The notes: generated by a model not told the origin, from the letters alone. A DNA stretch of 64,000 bases from Myxococcota bacterium (GCA_041611735.1 JBFIML010000006.1:59936-123935), one strand, 5' to 3'; positions 18,350 to 27,609 are shown, counted from the first letter of the stretch. Translations and numbers: made by a program.

Positions 18350-19726
18350 ATGTTCAAAGACCCCGTCGCTGAGCCTTCGCAAGCGGAGGAAACCGCCGTG
18401 CAGACCTGGCCGGGCGGAAGCGTGGAGCGGCCGGCCCGGCACGGACGTGCCGCCCCCCGCGCCCTCGATTGCTACCTGGCCGAGATCCGGGACATTCCGG
18501 TCCTGAAACGCGAGCAGGAGGCCGAGCTGGCCCGTCGCATGCGGCAGGCCGAGGTCGAGCTGCGCCGGGGCCTGCTCGCCCTCCCGGAAGCGGCGCGTGT
18601 GCTCGTCGAACGCTGGACGCGGCTGCGCGCGGCGGGACGCGTGACCGGCCCCTGGAGCGCCCGCCACCGGGGCGGCGAGCGTGACGCCAGCCCGCACGTG
18701 GATCGCGTGCTGACCCACCTCCAGCGAAGCCTCGAGCGCCTCGAGCGTACAGCACGCGGACCGCGGGCCGCGCCCGAGCGGCGTCGCCTGGCGGCTCGGA
18801 TCACCCGCACCCTGGGTAACCTGGATGCAACCCCGGAGCTCCTGCAGGAGATCTACCGGGAGCTCGAGGCGCGGGGTGGCGTGGCCGCCTCGAGTCCCGG
18901 CTGGGTGCGTGCCCGGCGCGCCCATGCGGAGCTCAGCGACGCCAAGAACACCTTCATGCGGCACAACCTGCGCCTGGTCGTCTCCGTGGCAAAGGGGTTC
19001 CGGAGCCTGGGCGTTGAGTTCGAAGATCTGATCGAGGAAGGCAACCTGAGCCTGATGCGGGCCGTCGAGAAGTTCGATGCCGAGCGCGGCTTCCGCTTCT
19101 CGACCTACGCCGTGTGGTGGATCCGTCAGGCCTGCATCCGGGCGCTCCAGAGGACCTCCCGCACCATCCGCCTGCCCTCCCACCTGTACGACCGCCTGCT
19201 CCGCTACCGGCGCATCCTGGCCCACTGGTCGCGCGACCACCGGGAGGAGCCGAGCCTCGGCGATCTCGCCGAGGCCCTGGAGGTCGGCGAGGACGAGCTG
19301 ACGCAGCTGATCCAGGCCGACCGCCGACCGCTCGGTCTCCACGAGCCGGTGGAGGGCACCGAGAAGGCAAGCGTGGCCGACCGGCTGTCCAGCGGAGCCG
19401 TGAGCGCCGACGAGGCCCTGGACGGGCTGCGTCTGCAGGGTGAGATCCCGACCCTCCTGACCCGTCTCAGCCGCCGGGAACGCCAGGTGCTCGAATGGCG
19501 CTTCGGACTCGCTGAGGAGCAGGAGAAGACCCTGCAGGCCATCGGCGATTCCCTGGGCCTTTCGCGCGAGCGCGTACGCCAGATCGAGCGCGAGGCCCTG
19601 GCCAAGCTGCGCCGGCAGGCCGAGCTCAAGGGGCTCCACGACCTGCTGGGGCGGGTCGCGGCTCAGCCCGCCGGCTCGACGGAGGAGCCGGGCTCGAAGA
19701 GCTTGCGGATGCGTCGGAAGCGGTAG
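18350..19726 (+). CDS. sigma-70 family RNA polymerase sigma factor (RpoD/RpoS-like, no region 1.1)
   Basis: Region 1.2 LDCYLAEIRDIPVL, region 2 NLRLVVSVAK..FSTYAVWWIRQA, region 4 TLQAIGDSLGLSRERVRQIE; GGAGG SD. Confidence 0.93.
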   Translation: MFKDPVAEPSQAEETAVQTWPGGSVERPARHGRAAPRALDCYLAEIRDIPVLKREQEAELARRMRQAEVELRRGLLALPEAARVLVERWTRLRAAGRVTGPWSARHRGGERDASPHVDRVLTHLQRSLERLERTARGPRAAPERRRLAARITRTLGNLDATPELLQEIYRELEARGGVAASSPGWVRARRAHAELSDAKNTFMRHNLRLVVSVAKGFRSLGVEFEDLIEEGNLSLMRAVEKFDAERGFRFSTYAVWWIRQACIRALQRTSRTIRLPSHLYDRLLRYRRILAHWSRDHREEPSLGDLAEALEVGEDELTQLIQADRRPLGLHEPVEGTEKASVADRLSSGAVSADEALDGLRLQGEIPTLLTRLSRRERQVLEWRFGLAEEQEKTLQAIGDSLGLSRERVRQIEREALAKLRRQAELKGLHDLLGRVAAQPAGSTEEPGSKSLRMRRKR

Positions 19727-20142
19727 TCGAAGATGGCGGCCAGCGCCGCTCGCACCGCGAGGCCGTGAGCCAGGCTTCCCAGCGGCCCCAGCGGCAGGGC
19801 GTAGCGCACCCGGTCTCCCATCAGGACGCCGCCTCCCAAGGCGCGGAAGCTGTGCGTGTGTTGCCACGACGCATAGGGACCTCGCTCCTGCTCGTCCACG
19901 AACCCGACCGGCGGGGTCCAGCGAGTGATGCGGGTGCGCCAGCGCACCCACATCCCTGCCAGCCGCAACCGGTACTCGATGCGGGTGTCCTGGGCCATCT
20001 CGATGGGAAGGGGCGTCAGGATCCGAAAGCCGAGCCAGGGCGGCGTGATCACCTCCAGATTGGCGGCATCGGCGAAGAAGGCGAAGACCCGCTCCAGGGG
20101 CGCGGCGATCCATTGCTCGCGCTCCAGCACGTGCACCCTCAC
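19663..20142 (-). CDS. SRPBCC/START-like ligand-binding protein
   Basis: VFAFFADAANLEVITPPWLGF, FVDEQERGPYASWQHTHSF, IFDYR; GTGA overlap with the upstream gene. Confidence 0.87.
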   Translation of the reverse strand: MRVHVLEREQWIAAPLERVFAFFADAANLEVITPPWLGFRILTPLPIEMAQDTRIEYRLRLAGMWVRWRTRITRWTPPVGFVDEQERGPYASWQHTHSFRALGGGVLMGDRVRYALPLGPLGSLAHGLAVRAALAAIFDYRFRRIRKLFEPGSSVEPAG

Positions 20143-21170
20143 CGGGTCGATCCGGCCACCGCGTCGAGCCACGCGTCGATGCGCTCCCATTGCCCGTACA
20201 GCCAGTCGATGCGGCCGGGGCGGTCGCGTGGGATCTCCGTGGCCGGGACCCGCCACAGCATGACCTCGATGCGCCGGCCGACCAGGGCGCCGTGCCAGAG
20301 CTCGCCGAAGCTCGCCGTTCCCTCGAAGCCCGCATGGGCCAGGAACAGCACGTCGGCCTCGGGGCACGCTTCCAGCAGGGCCAGGGGGCCGCCGAGCCGC
20401 GGCGGGAGCACGTGACGCAGCTTCTGCGCGCGGGCAAGCAGCGCCGCGTCGCCCGAGCGTTCCAGGCGGGTCAGCACCCGCGCGCGCTTGGCCGGGCTGA
20501 AGCGCGTCCCCTCCGGATAGATCAGGATGCCCTCGTCCGGGGCGAGATCCTGGCTCACCTGGCGCAGCGCCTCGATCTCACGCTGGCGGTCGCCCGAGTC
20601 GCGGCGTACGAACAGGTGGGGAAGGCGCTGCCCCACCACGTCCAGGCAGGGATCCCAGAGCAGCTCCCGCTTGATCACGTAGCGCAGCCGCAGGCCCTGG
20701 CGGGCCGAGAGGAGCACCGCCGGGAGGATCGTGTCGCCCACGCTGGCGTGCCGCGCGAAGACCAGGAGCGGACCGCGCCCCACGCTCTCCGCGCCCTTCT
20801 GCTGGAACGCGAGTCCGTAGATGCGTCGCACCCCCAGGAAGAGCGCGCCCGCCCAGGCGTGCTGGAGACGATGGTTCCAGGCCCGGAAGCGCCGGGGATC
20901 CGCGCCGGCCCAGATGCCGCTGGCGAGCCACGCACCGAAGGCGGCGATCAGACCCAGGGTTTCGCAGAGCAGGTAGAAGGTCAGGAAGGCGAGGATCCGG
21001 GTGGTGGGAAGCGGCCGGCGCCGCGCCAGGTCAACCGCCAGGGCCGTCGGGAGCAGCACGGGCAGGCCGAGCAGGGCGAGCGCGGTCAAGGCGGTGTAGC
21101 CGGGCACCGTGATCGCGCGCCGTCCCCAGCGGGCGGCGAGCGACTCGTCGCGCGGCAACGGACCCTTCAG
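20139..21170 (-). CDS. PlsC-like acyltransferase with N-terminal membrane segments
   Basis: RHASVGD (HxxxxD), VIKRELLWDP, LIYPEGTRF, VLPPRLGG; start uncertain (CTG overlapping MFS stop). Confidence 0.82.
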   Translation of the reverse strand: MKGPLPRDESLAARWGRRAITVPGYTALTALALLGLPVLLPTALAVDLARRRPLPTTRILAFLTFYLLCETLGLIAAFGAWLASGIWAGADPRRFRAWNHRLQHAWAGALFLGVRRIYGLAFQQKGAESVGRGPLLVFARHASVGDTILPAVLLSARQGLRLRYVIKRELLWDPCLDVVGQRLPHLFVRRDSGDRQREIEALRQVSQDLAPDEGILIYPEGTRFSPAKRARVLTRLERSGDAALLARAQKLRHVLPPRLGGPLALLEACPEADVLFLAHAGFEGTASFGELWHGALVGRRIEVMLWRVPATEIPRDRPGRIDWLYGQWERIDAWLDAVAGSTR

Positions 21171-22570
21171 GGCGATCCTCCCTCCCGGCGCAGCGGGTCC
21201 GGCGCCTCCCGCCCCGCCCGGCGATCCATCACGGCCTCGCGGATGCGCTGGTGACGGACGCGATCGATGGGATAGGCGAGGGCGAGGCCGATTGCAATCA
21301 GGTTGCATAGGCACGGCACCAGCGCGTAGAGGATGCGCAGCGTGAGGCGGACCCCGGGCGTCTGCTCCACGTTCGGCTCGTAGCCGGCAGCGCCCAGCAC
21401 GGCCAGGGCCGCCCCCACGCCCAGGGCGGCTGCGAGCTTGCGGGCGATGGACCAGACGCCGATGTACTGCCCCTCGCGCCGCCGGCCGGTGATCAGCTCG
21501 TCGTAGTCGATCACGTCCGCCTGCATCGATGAGGGGATGGCGAGGGTGCCCCCCAGGCCCAGCCCGGAGAGCACCACCAGCACGGCGTAGGCACCCTCGT
21601 CCCCCGGGCCCAGGAAGAAGACGCCCAGGAAGGCGCAGGTGTTGACTGCCATGGCGGTGAGCCAGGCGGGCTTCTTGCCCAGGCGGTGCGCGAGTCCGAC
21701 CCACGCCGGGAGCAGCGCGATTCCGGTCACGAAGTAGAGCAGCAGGAACAGGTCGGCGCGCTTCGACTCGAGCACGTACTCCACGTAGTACAGGATCAAC
21801 GTAGCGGGGAGATTGCTGCCGAAGGCGGACACGGTGTAGGAGCTCAGCAGGATGCCGAAGGGCCGGTTGCGCAGCAGCGTGCGCAACTGGGGCCAGGGCG
21901 AGGCGCTGCCCGGGCGGCTCGCAAGGCTGCGCTCGGGCACGGCCATCACGCACCAGGCGCACGCCAGCAGCAGGAGCGGTGCGTAGAGCAGGGCGACGCG
22001 CAGGAACTTGGCGCGTTCTCCCGCGGCGTCGTCGGTCAGCCCGAAGGTCCAGGCCACTGCGGCCGGCGAGCTGGCGGCCACCAGGGTTCCGGCCAGGAGC
22101 GCCCCGTCCCTCCAGGCCATCAGCGCGGTGCGGGCGTCGTAGTCGAAGGTGATCTCGGGGCCGAGCGACTCGTAGGGGACGGTGACGGCGGTCCAGAACA
22201 GGAACAGTGCGAATACGGACCCGCCGAACCAGACCGCGGCCCATGGCGGCCCCGTCTCGGGAGGGATGAAGAGCAGCAGGATCGCCAGGGCCAGGGGCGG
22301 CGTGGCGCCCGCCATCCAGGGACGGCGGCGCCCGAAGCGGGTGCGGGTGGCGTCGGAGAAGGCGCCGATCAACGGGTCCGTGACCGCGTCGAAGATCCGC
22401 ACCGCCAGTAGCAGCGAGCCGATGGTCCCGATCCCGACGCCTACCACGTCGGTGTAGAACTTGGGCAGGTAGACGTAGACGGGGATGCCCACCACGGCCA
22501 GGGCAAAGGCCGGGGCCGCGTAGGCCATGCGCCGGCCCGTGGGGACGCGCTCCGGATCCGCGGGGTTCAC
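21167..22570 (-). CDS. MFS transporter, glycoside-pentoside-hexuronide (MelB-like) family
   Basis: RIFDAVTDPLIGAFSD..FGRRRPWM, ADVIDYDEL..RREGQYIG; about 12 TM. Confidence 0.9.
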   Translation of the reverse strand: MNPADPERVPTGRRMAYAAPAFALAVVGIPVYVYLPKFYTDVVGVGIGTIGSLLLAVRIFDAVTDPLIGAFSDATRTRFGRRRPWMAGATPPLALAILLLFIPPETGPPWAAVWFGGSVFALFLFWTAVTVPYESLGPEITFDYDARTALMAWRDGALLAGTLVAASSPAAVAWTFGLTDDAAGERAKFLRVALLYAPLLLLACAWCVMAVPERSLASRPGSASPWPQLRTLLRNRPFGILLSSYTVSAFGSNLPATLILYYVEYVLESKRADLFLLLYFVTGIALLPAWVGLAHRLGKKPAWLTAMAVNTCAFLGVFFLGPGDEGAYAVLVVLSGLGLGGTLAIPSSMQADVIDYDELITGRRREGQYIGVWSIARKLAAALGVGAALAVLGAAGYEPNVEQTPGVRLTLRILYALVPCLCNLIAIGLALAYPIDRVRHQRIREAVMDRRAGREAPDPLRREGGSP

Positions 22571-22653
22571 GCGCTGGCCGCGGGACGCAGGGCGGGGATA
22601 GCATGACGGCGGGGCACGCGGCGCAGCACCACCGGCCGCACGGGGAGTGAGGC

Positions 22654-23010
22654 ATGCCGCACGTGGTGATCGAGGGCTCCGTGGACCCGGGGCGCCTCTT
22701 CGAAGAGCTCGAGCCCGTCCACGAGGCTGGCTCGCACGGCGTACGCCGCACCGGTGAAATCTTCCTGAACCGGCGGCGGGACACGTCGCTGCTCGAGGCG
22801 GTGGTGGTGGAGCGCGGCTTGCGCCAGCGCTTCTTCGTGCTGATCTCCCGCAAGGGGGCAGGCGTGACCGTGAGGCTCGAACCGTCCACGCAGCCCGAGA
22901 AGACCGAGGGCGTGAAGCGGCTGCTGGCGGCGGTGGGCCGCCGGGTCCGCACCCATTTCCCGGACACCCGCTACGGACAAACCAACCTCGCCGACTGTCT
23001 CGACGCCTGA
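22654..23010 (+). CDS. hypothetical protein (118 aa)
   Basis: GGAG/GAGG SD then MPHVVIEG; globular composition; fits between MFS and SDR genes. Confidence 0.7.
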   Translation: MPHVVIEGSVDPGRLFEELEPVHEAGSHGVRRTGEIFLNRRRDTSLLEAVVVERGLRQRFFVLISRKGAGVTVRLEPSTQPEKTEGVKRLLAAVGRRVRTHFPDTRYGQTNLADCLDA

Positions 23011-23027
23011 GGCGCGGGGCAGCCGGA

Positions 23028-24032
23028 TCAGGCGGGCGGGCGCGGCCTGGGGGCGGGTCGCCGCGGCCGTGCCAGGCGCGTGGCCCGCAGGACGGTCGCG
23101 ATCCCCGCCAGGCGCTCGCACGCGTCCCACAAGCGTTCGCGGTCCTCCGGGACCTCGCGCGTGAAGGGCAGCCGGTGGGTGGATGCCGGGGCGCGATCGA
23201 ACCAGAAGGCCCCACTCTGCAGCGCAGGCCTGGCCGCCGCGGCCAGCCAGACCACCGTGTCCGCCCCCTGTTCGGCGCAGCGCAGGATGGAGCGCGTCAC
23301 CCGCCAGAAGCCGGGGAGCGAGCTTCGCACCGCAGGGGTGTCGGCCCAGCCCGGATGCATGGCGTGCACGACGACGCCAGCCCGGCGCAGGCGCTCGGCG
23401 AGCAACTCGGCCAGGACCACCTGCATGCGCTTGGTCTGGGCGTAGGCGCGCGTTCCATCGAAGCGGCGCTGCTTCCAGTCGAGGTCCGCCAGGGACAGGC
23501 GCTGGGTGTACATGCCGCCGGAGGAGACGAAGATCACCCGCGCATGACCGGACGCACGCAGCCGCGGCTCGAGGAGCCGGGTCAGCAGGAAGGGGCCGAC
23601 CACGTGGGTCGCGAGCGTGAGCTCGAGGCCCTCCGGGGTCTCCTGCCGCTCGGCGGGCAGCACTCCGGCGTTGTGGATGAGGACGTCGACGCGCGGCTCG
23701 GGAAAGTCCGCCACGAAGGCCCGTACGGAGGCGAGGCTCGACACATCGAGCCGGGCGAGCCGCACCTCCCGGTTGCCGGTCTCTGCACGTAGCGAGGCCT
23801 CCGCCTCCCGGCCGCGTGCCTCGTTCCGGCACAGCAGCCACACCCGCGCCCCGCGCTGGGCGAGGGCGCGGGCGGAGGCCCGCCCGATGCCGGAGTTCGC
23901 GCCCGTCACCAGACACACCCGGCCGGCGAGATTCACGTCCAGGTCCTCGCTGCGAAAGCCGCGCGCGTGACGCCGGAAACCGCTCCGGTCGAAGGAGAAG
24001 ACGATGGAGGCGTCGAGGAGGCGACCGATCAC
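23028..24032 (-). CDS. short-chain dehydrogenase/reductase (DHRS12-like)
   Basis: VTGANSGIG, HNAG, VSSGGMY, YAQTK, MHPGWADTP; ATGA overlap with carH stop. Confidence 0.9.
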   Translation of the reverse strand: MIGRLLDASIVFSFDRSGFRRHARGFRSEDLDVNLAGRVCLVTGANSGIGRASARALAQRGARVWLLCRNEARGREAEASLRAETGNREVRLARLDVSSLASVRAFVADFPEPRVDVLIHNAGVLPAERQETPEGLELTLATHVVGPFLLTRLLEPRLRASGHARVIFVSSGGMYTQRLSLADLDWKQRRFDGTRAYAQTKRMQVVLAELLAERLRRAGVVVHAMHPGWADTPAVRSSLPGFWRVTRSILRCAEQGADTVVWLAAAARPALQSGAFWFDRAPASTHRLPFTREVPEDRERLWDACERLAGIATVLRATRLARPRRPAPRPRPPA

Positions 24033-24937
24033 GATGCCCGCCTTGCGCGCACGCCGAGCAGGGCCACCCGCTGCTCGAGCTCCTCGATGGAGTGCAGCCG
24101 CCGTACTCCCGTCGGGAGCGCCAGGGCCTCGCTGGCCCTCCCGCCCACCCAGACCTCCACGGCCGCGGGCAGCCCGGCGCGCAGGGTGCGCAGCGCGCGT
24201 TCGCCCTCGCGCTTGGAGAGCTGGACCACTCCCAGGGCGACGGCATCCGCTTCGAGGGTCTCCGCGGCGTGCAGCAATTCCGCCGGGGGCAGATCGGGCC
24301 CCAGATAGATGGCGTGAGCGCCCGACTCCGTGGCCGCCACCGCACCCATCAAGACCCCCAGCTCGTGCCGCTCTCCGGGTGGCGTCGTGAACACGACGAC
24401 GGGCGCTCCGAGCCCGCCGCGCCGGCGCAGGGAGGCACCGAGCAGGCTTCGCACCAGGCTGCTCGCCAGGTGTTCGGAGGCCATGCAGAGCCGGCCGCCC
24501 TGCCAGCGCTCCCCGATCTCGCGCAGCAGCGGAGCCGCCACCGACGCCGCAAAGCGGAGCGGCCCCAGGGCCGCGAGCTGGAGCGCCAGCAGGCGCTCGG
24601 CCTCGGCCGCGTCGAGCCGCTCGACGACGGCGAGGATCGCCGGGATCGGAGCCTCGGGCGGGGCGGCATGGGCGGCGACGCGGCGCTCGAGCTCCGCATC
24701 GTCCAGGCGTGCCGCCTCGGAGATCGAGTGGCCCGCCTCGGTCGCTGCGCGCAGCCGGCGCAAGCGCCTGACGTCCGCCTCCCGATAGCGGCGCGTGCCG
24801 CCCGGGGTGCGCAGCGGCCGTATCGCCTGGTAGCGTCTCTCCCAGGCGCGCAGCACGTGGGGCGAGAGCCCGGTCAGGCGCGAGACCGCCCCCAGGGAGT
24901 AGGTGGGCTCCGGTTTGGCCTCGACCCTGCGACCCAT
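24029..24937 (-). CDS. carH: CarH/LitR-type MerR-family adenosylcobalamin photoreceptor repressor
   Basis: MerR HTH LRAWERRY..RTPGGTRRY; W-x9-EH (WQGGRLCMASEH) and E-x-H-x2-G (ERHELG); YLGPDLP; divergent from photolyase. Confidence 0.9.
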   Translation of the reverse strand: MGRRVEAKPEPTYSLGAVSRLTGLSPHVLRAWERRYQAIRPLRTPGGTRRYREADVRRLRRLRAATEAGHSISEAARLDDAELERRVAAHAAPPEAPIPAILAVVERLDAAEAERLLALQLAALGPLRFAASVAAPLLREIGERWQGGRLCMASEHLASSLVRSLLGASLRRRGGLGAPVVVFTTPPGERHELGVLMGAVAATESGAHAIYLGPDLPPAELLHAAETLEADAVALGVVQLSKREGERALRTLRAGLPAAVEVWVGGRASEALALPTGVRRLHSIEELEQRVALLGVRARRAS

Positions 24938-24966
24938 GGCCGGAGCTTCGAGGCTGGCGGGGCAGT

Positions 24967-24997
24967 TGTCAATAAATAATCTAGACAGCGGTTGACG
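24967..24997. promoter_or_regulatory. putative CarH operator between carH and photolyase
   Basis: TGTCAA-N9-TAGACA (24967-24987) plus TTGACG 10 bp after TAGACA; the only AT-rich patch in the intergenic region. Confidence 0.7.
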
Positions 24998-25069
24998 GGC
25001 CCCGGGCCGGGTGCGAACCTCCCGGCGAAGGCGCTCCCCCCGGCGGACAGGTCCTCCCGACGAGGTGTC

Positions 25070-26476
25070 ATGCGCGCGCTCCACTGGTTCCGTAGCGACC
25101 TGCGCCTGCGCGACAACGTGGCCCTCTCGGCTGCGGCGGAGGCCGCCGACGAGCTGATCCCCGCCTTCGTCTTCGACGAGCGCCTGCTGGCTGGGGGCGT
25201 CGGTGCGCCCCGGCTGCGCTTCCTGCTGGGCAGCCTGGAGCGCCTGGCGGCGGACCTGGAGGAGCGCGGCCAGCGCCTCGTCGTGCGGCGCGGCGACCCG
25301 CGTCGCGAGATCCCTGCGCTCCTCGAGGAGACGGGCGCCGAGCTCCTCACCCTGAACCGCGACTACGGGCCGTATGCGCGCCGGCGCGACGAGGCCGTGC
25401 GCATCGCGGCGGAGAAGCGCGGCGTGCGGGTGCACGACTGCAAGGATCGCGTCGTCTACGAGAGCCACGAGATCCGCACCCGCTCCGGCGATGCGTACCA
25501 GGTCTATACTCCCTACCGACGCGCCTGGATGGCGCGCTGGCGCGAGGATCCGCAGGAGCCGCTCGGGCCGCTCCGACTCCCGCCGCACCCGGAGAAGCTG
25601 CGCGCCGGTCGGCTGCCCAGCGAGCAGGAGCTCGGGGTGGCGGACGACGGGGTCGAGATCCCGACGCCCGGGGAGTCGGCGGCCCGGCGCAGGCTGGATC
25701 GCTTCCTCGAGGTCGGGATCGCCGACTATGCCCGCCGCCGCGACCTCCCGGCCGAGGACGGCACGTCGCGGCTCTCCCCGTACCTGCGGCTCGGTGTGGT
25801 CTCCATCCGCATGTGCCTGGCCGCGGCGCTCGAGCGGGGGCGCGAGGATCGCAAGGCGACCGATGGCGTGCGAACCTGGGTGGACGAGCTCGTATGGCGC
25901 GAGTTCTATCACGCGATCCTCGCCGAGCATCCCCACGTGCTGAGGCGCGCCTTCAAGTCCGACTTCGATCGGGTGCGCTGGAACGACGACGAGCAAGGCT
26001 TCCGGGCCTGGTGTGAGGGGCGCACCGGGTATCCGTTCGTGGACGCCGCCATGCGCCAGTTGGCCAAGACCGGCTGGATGCACAACCGGGCGCGCATGGC
26101 GGTGGCCAGCTTCCTGACCAAGGACCTGTTGGTGGACTGGCGTCGCGGGGAGAGGTTCTTCATGCAGCGCCTGGTGGACGGCGACCCGGCCTCCAACAAT
26201 GGCGGCTGGCAGTGGGCGGCCTCCACGGGGACGGATGCGCAGCCGTACTTCCGCATCTTCAATCCCGTATCGCAGGGGGAGCGCTTCGACCCGGACGGGC
26301 GCTACGTGCGCCGCTTCGTGCCGGAGCTCGAGGGGGTCCCGGACCGCTTCGTGCAACGGCCCTGGCAGGCGTCCGAACCACCCCGGGACTATCCGGCGCC
26401 GATCGTGGACCACGCCGAGCGTCGGATTCTGGCGCTGCGCCGCTACGAGGCCGCGCGCCAGGGCAGGCAGGGGTGA
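25070..26476 (+). CDS. phrB: deoxyribodipyrimidine (CPD) photolyase
   Basis: WFRSDLRLRDN, GTSRLSPYL, ELVWREFY, GRTGYPFVDAAMRQL, WMHNRARM, NNGGWQW, YFRIFNP. Confidence 0.95.
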   Translation: MRALHWFRSDLRLRDNVALSAAAEAADELIPAFVFDERLLAGGVGAPRLRFLLGSLERLAADLEERGQRLVVRRGDPRREIPALLEETGAELLTLNRDYGPYARRRDEAVRIAAEKRGVRVHDCKDRVVYESHEIRTRSGDAYQVYTPYRRAWMARWREDPQEPLGPLRLPPHPEKLRAGRLPSEQELGVADDGVEIPTPGESAARRRLDRFLEVGIADYARRRDLPAEDGTSRLSPYLRLGVVSIRMCLAAALERGREDRKATDGVRTWVDELVWREFYHAILAEHPHVLRRAFKSDFDRVRWNDDEQGFRAWCEGRTGYPFVDAAMRQLAKTGWMHNRARMAVASFLTKDLLVDWRRGERFFMQRLVDGDPASNNGGWQWAASTGTDAQPYFRIFNPVSQGERFDPDGRYVRRFVPELEGVPDRFVQRPWQASEPPRDYPAPIVDHAERRILALRRYEAARQGRQG

Positions 26477-27483
26477 CGGCCGGGCCCGGGGGCGACGGCG
26501 GTTCGGCTCCCGGGGCGCGCCCGCTCTGGCACGACGATGCCCCGATCCGGGTCGGCATCTCCACCTGTCTGCTCGGTCGCAAAGTGCGTTACGACGGCGG
26601 GCACAAGCGCGACCGTTTCCTCACCGACGTGCTGGGCCCCTACGTGGAATGGGTGCCGGTGTGCCCGGAGGTGGAGCTCGGTCTGGGGATCCCTCGCGAG
26701 CCGATCCGGCTGGTGCGCGCGGGTGGCGAAGTCCGGCTCGTGGCCGAGCGCAGCGCACGCGACCACACCCGCGCCATGCAGAGCTGGGCCGGTCGCCGGG
26801 TGCGCGAGCTCGAGAAGCTCGAGCTGTGCGGCTACGTGCTGAAGAAGGGGTCTCCGAGCTGCGGCATGGAGCGGGTGCGCGTCTACCAGGAGGGCGGCAT
26901 GCCGCAACGCGACGGACGCGGCCTGTTCGCGGACGTCCTGATCGGCCACCTGACGAGCCTGCCCGTGGAGGAGGAGGGGCGACTCCACGATCCCCGGCTG
27001 CGCGAGAATTTCGTGGAGCGGGTCTTCGCGTACCGGCGCCTGCGGTCGTTGCTCGCCGCTCGCTGGAGCGTCGGCTCGCTGGTGACCTTCCACACGGCTC
27101 ACAAGCTCCAGCTCATGGCGCACTCGCCCGAGGACTACCGGCGCCTGGGCCGGGTCGTGGCGGAGGCCCGCCGGCTGCCGCGCCGCCAGCTGGCGGAACG
27201 CTATGGCGGGGGGTTCATGCGCGCCCTGGCCCGGACCGCGACGGTGCGTCGCAACGTGAACGTCCTCCAGCACGTGCTGGGACACTTCAAGAAGCGGCTG
27301 GACCGGGACGCGCGCGCGGAGGTCCTCCAGCTGATCGAGGACTATCGCCGCGGGCTCGTCCCGCTCGTCGTCCCCCTCACGCTGATCCGCCACCACGTCC
27401 GCCGGCTCGACGTCGACTACCTGGCGGGCCAGGTCTTCCTGGATCCCCACCCCAAGGAGATGATGCTCCGGAACCACGTCTGA
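26473..27483 (+). CDS. DUF523-DUF1722 fusion (TudS-YbgA; RudS-type thiouridine desulfidase)
   Basis: GISTCLLGRKVRYDGGHK, VCPEVELGLGIPRE, KKGSPSCG, EEEGRLHDPRLRENF, FHTAHKLQLMAHS, PHPKEMMLRNHV. Confidence 0.88.
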   Translation: MTAGPGGDGGSAPGARPLWHDDAPIRVGISTCLLGRKVRYDGGHKRDRFLTDVLGPYVEWVPVCPEVELGLGIPREPIRLVRAGGEVRLVAERSARDHTRAMQSWAGRRVRELEKLELCGYVLKKGSPSCGMERVRVYQEGGMPQRDGRGLFADVLIGHLTSLPVEEEGRLHDPRLRENFVERVFAYRRLRSLLAARWSVGSLVTFHTAHKLQLMAHSPEDYRRLGRVVAEARRLPRRQLAERYGGGFMRALARTATVRRNVNVLQHVLGHFKKRLDRDARAEVLQLIEDYRRGLVPLVVPLTLIRHHVRRLDVDYLAGQVFLDPHPKEMMLRNHV

Positions 27484-27556
27484 GGGGGGGGCGGGACCCA
27501 TCGACCTCCCGGGCCGCGTCGTTCCTCGGGAAGTGGATGGGTCCGGGGGTCCCCCC
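27484..27556 (+). terminator. long GC hairpin after the photolyase operon (possible terminator)
   Basis: GGACCCATC (27494-27502) pairs with GATGGGTCC (27536-27544), with inner stem and outer G/C runs; only a weak U-tract. Confidence 0.4.
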
Positions 27557-27585
27557 TTGAGTCTCGAATTGGAACGTGTTCTAAT
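27557..27585 (+). promoter_or_regulatory. sigma-70-like promoter overlapped by KstR-type palindrome
   Basis: TTGAGT-N17-TCTAAT; ATTGGAAC-GT-GTTCTAAT (27568-27585) contains TnnAACnnGTTnnA. Confidence 0.6.
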
Positions 27586-27609
27586 CCTGATCGGTCTGCC
27601 GAGGAGTCC

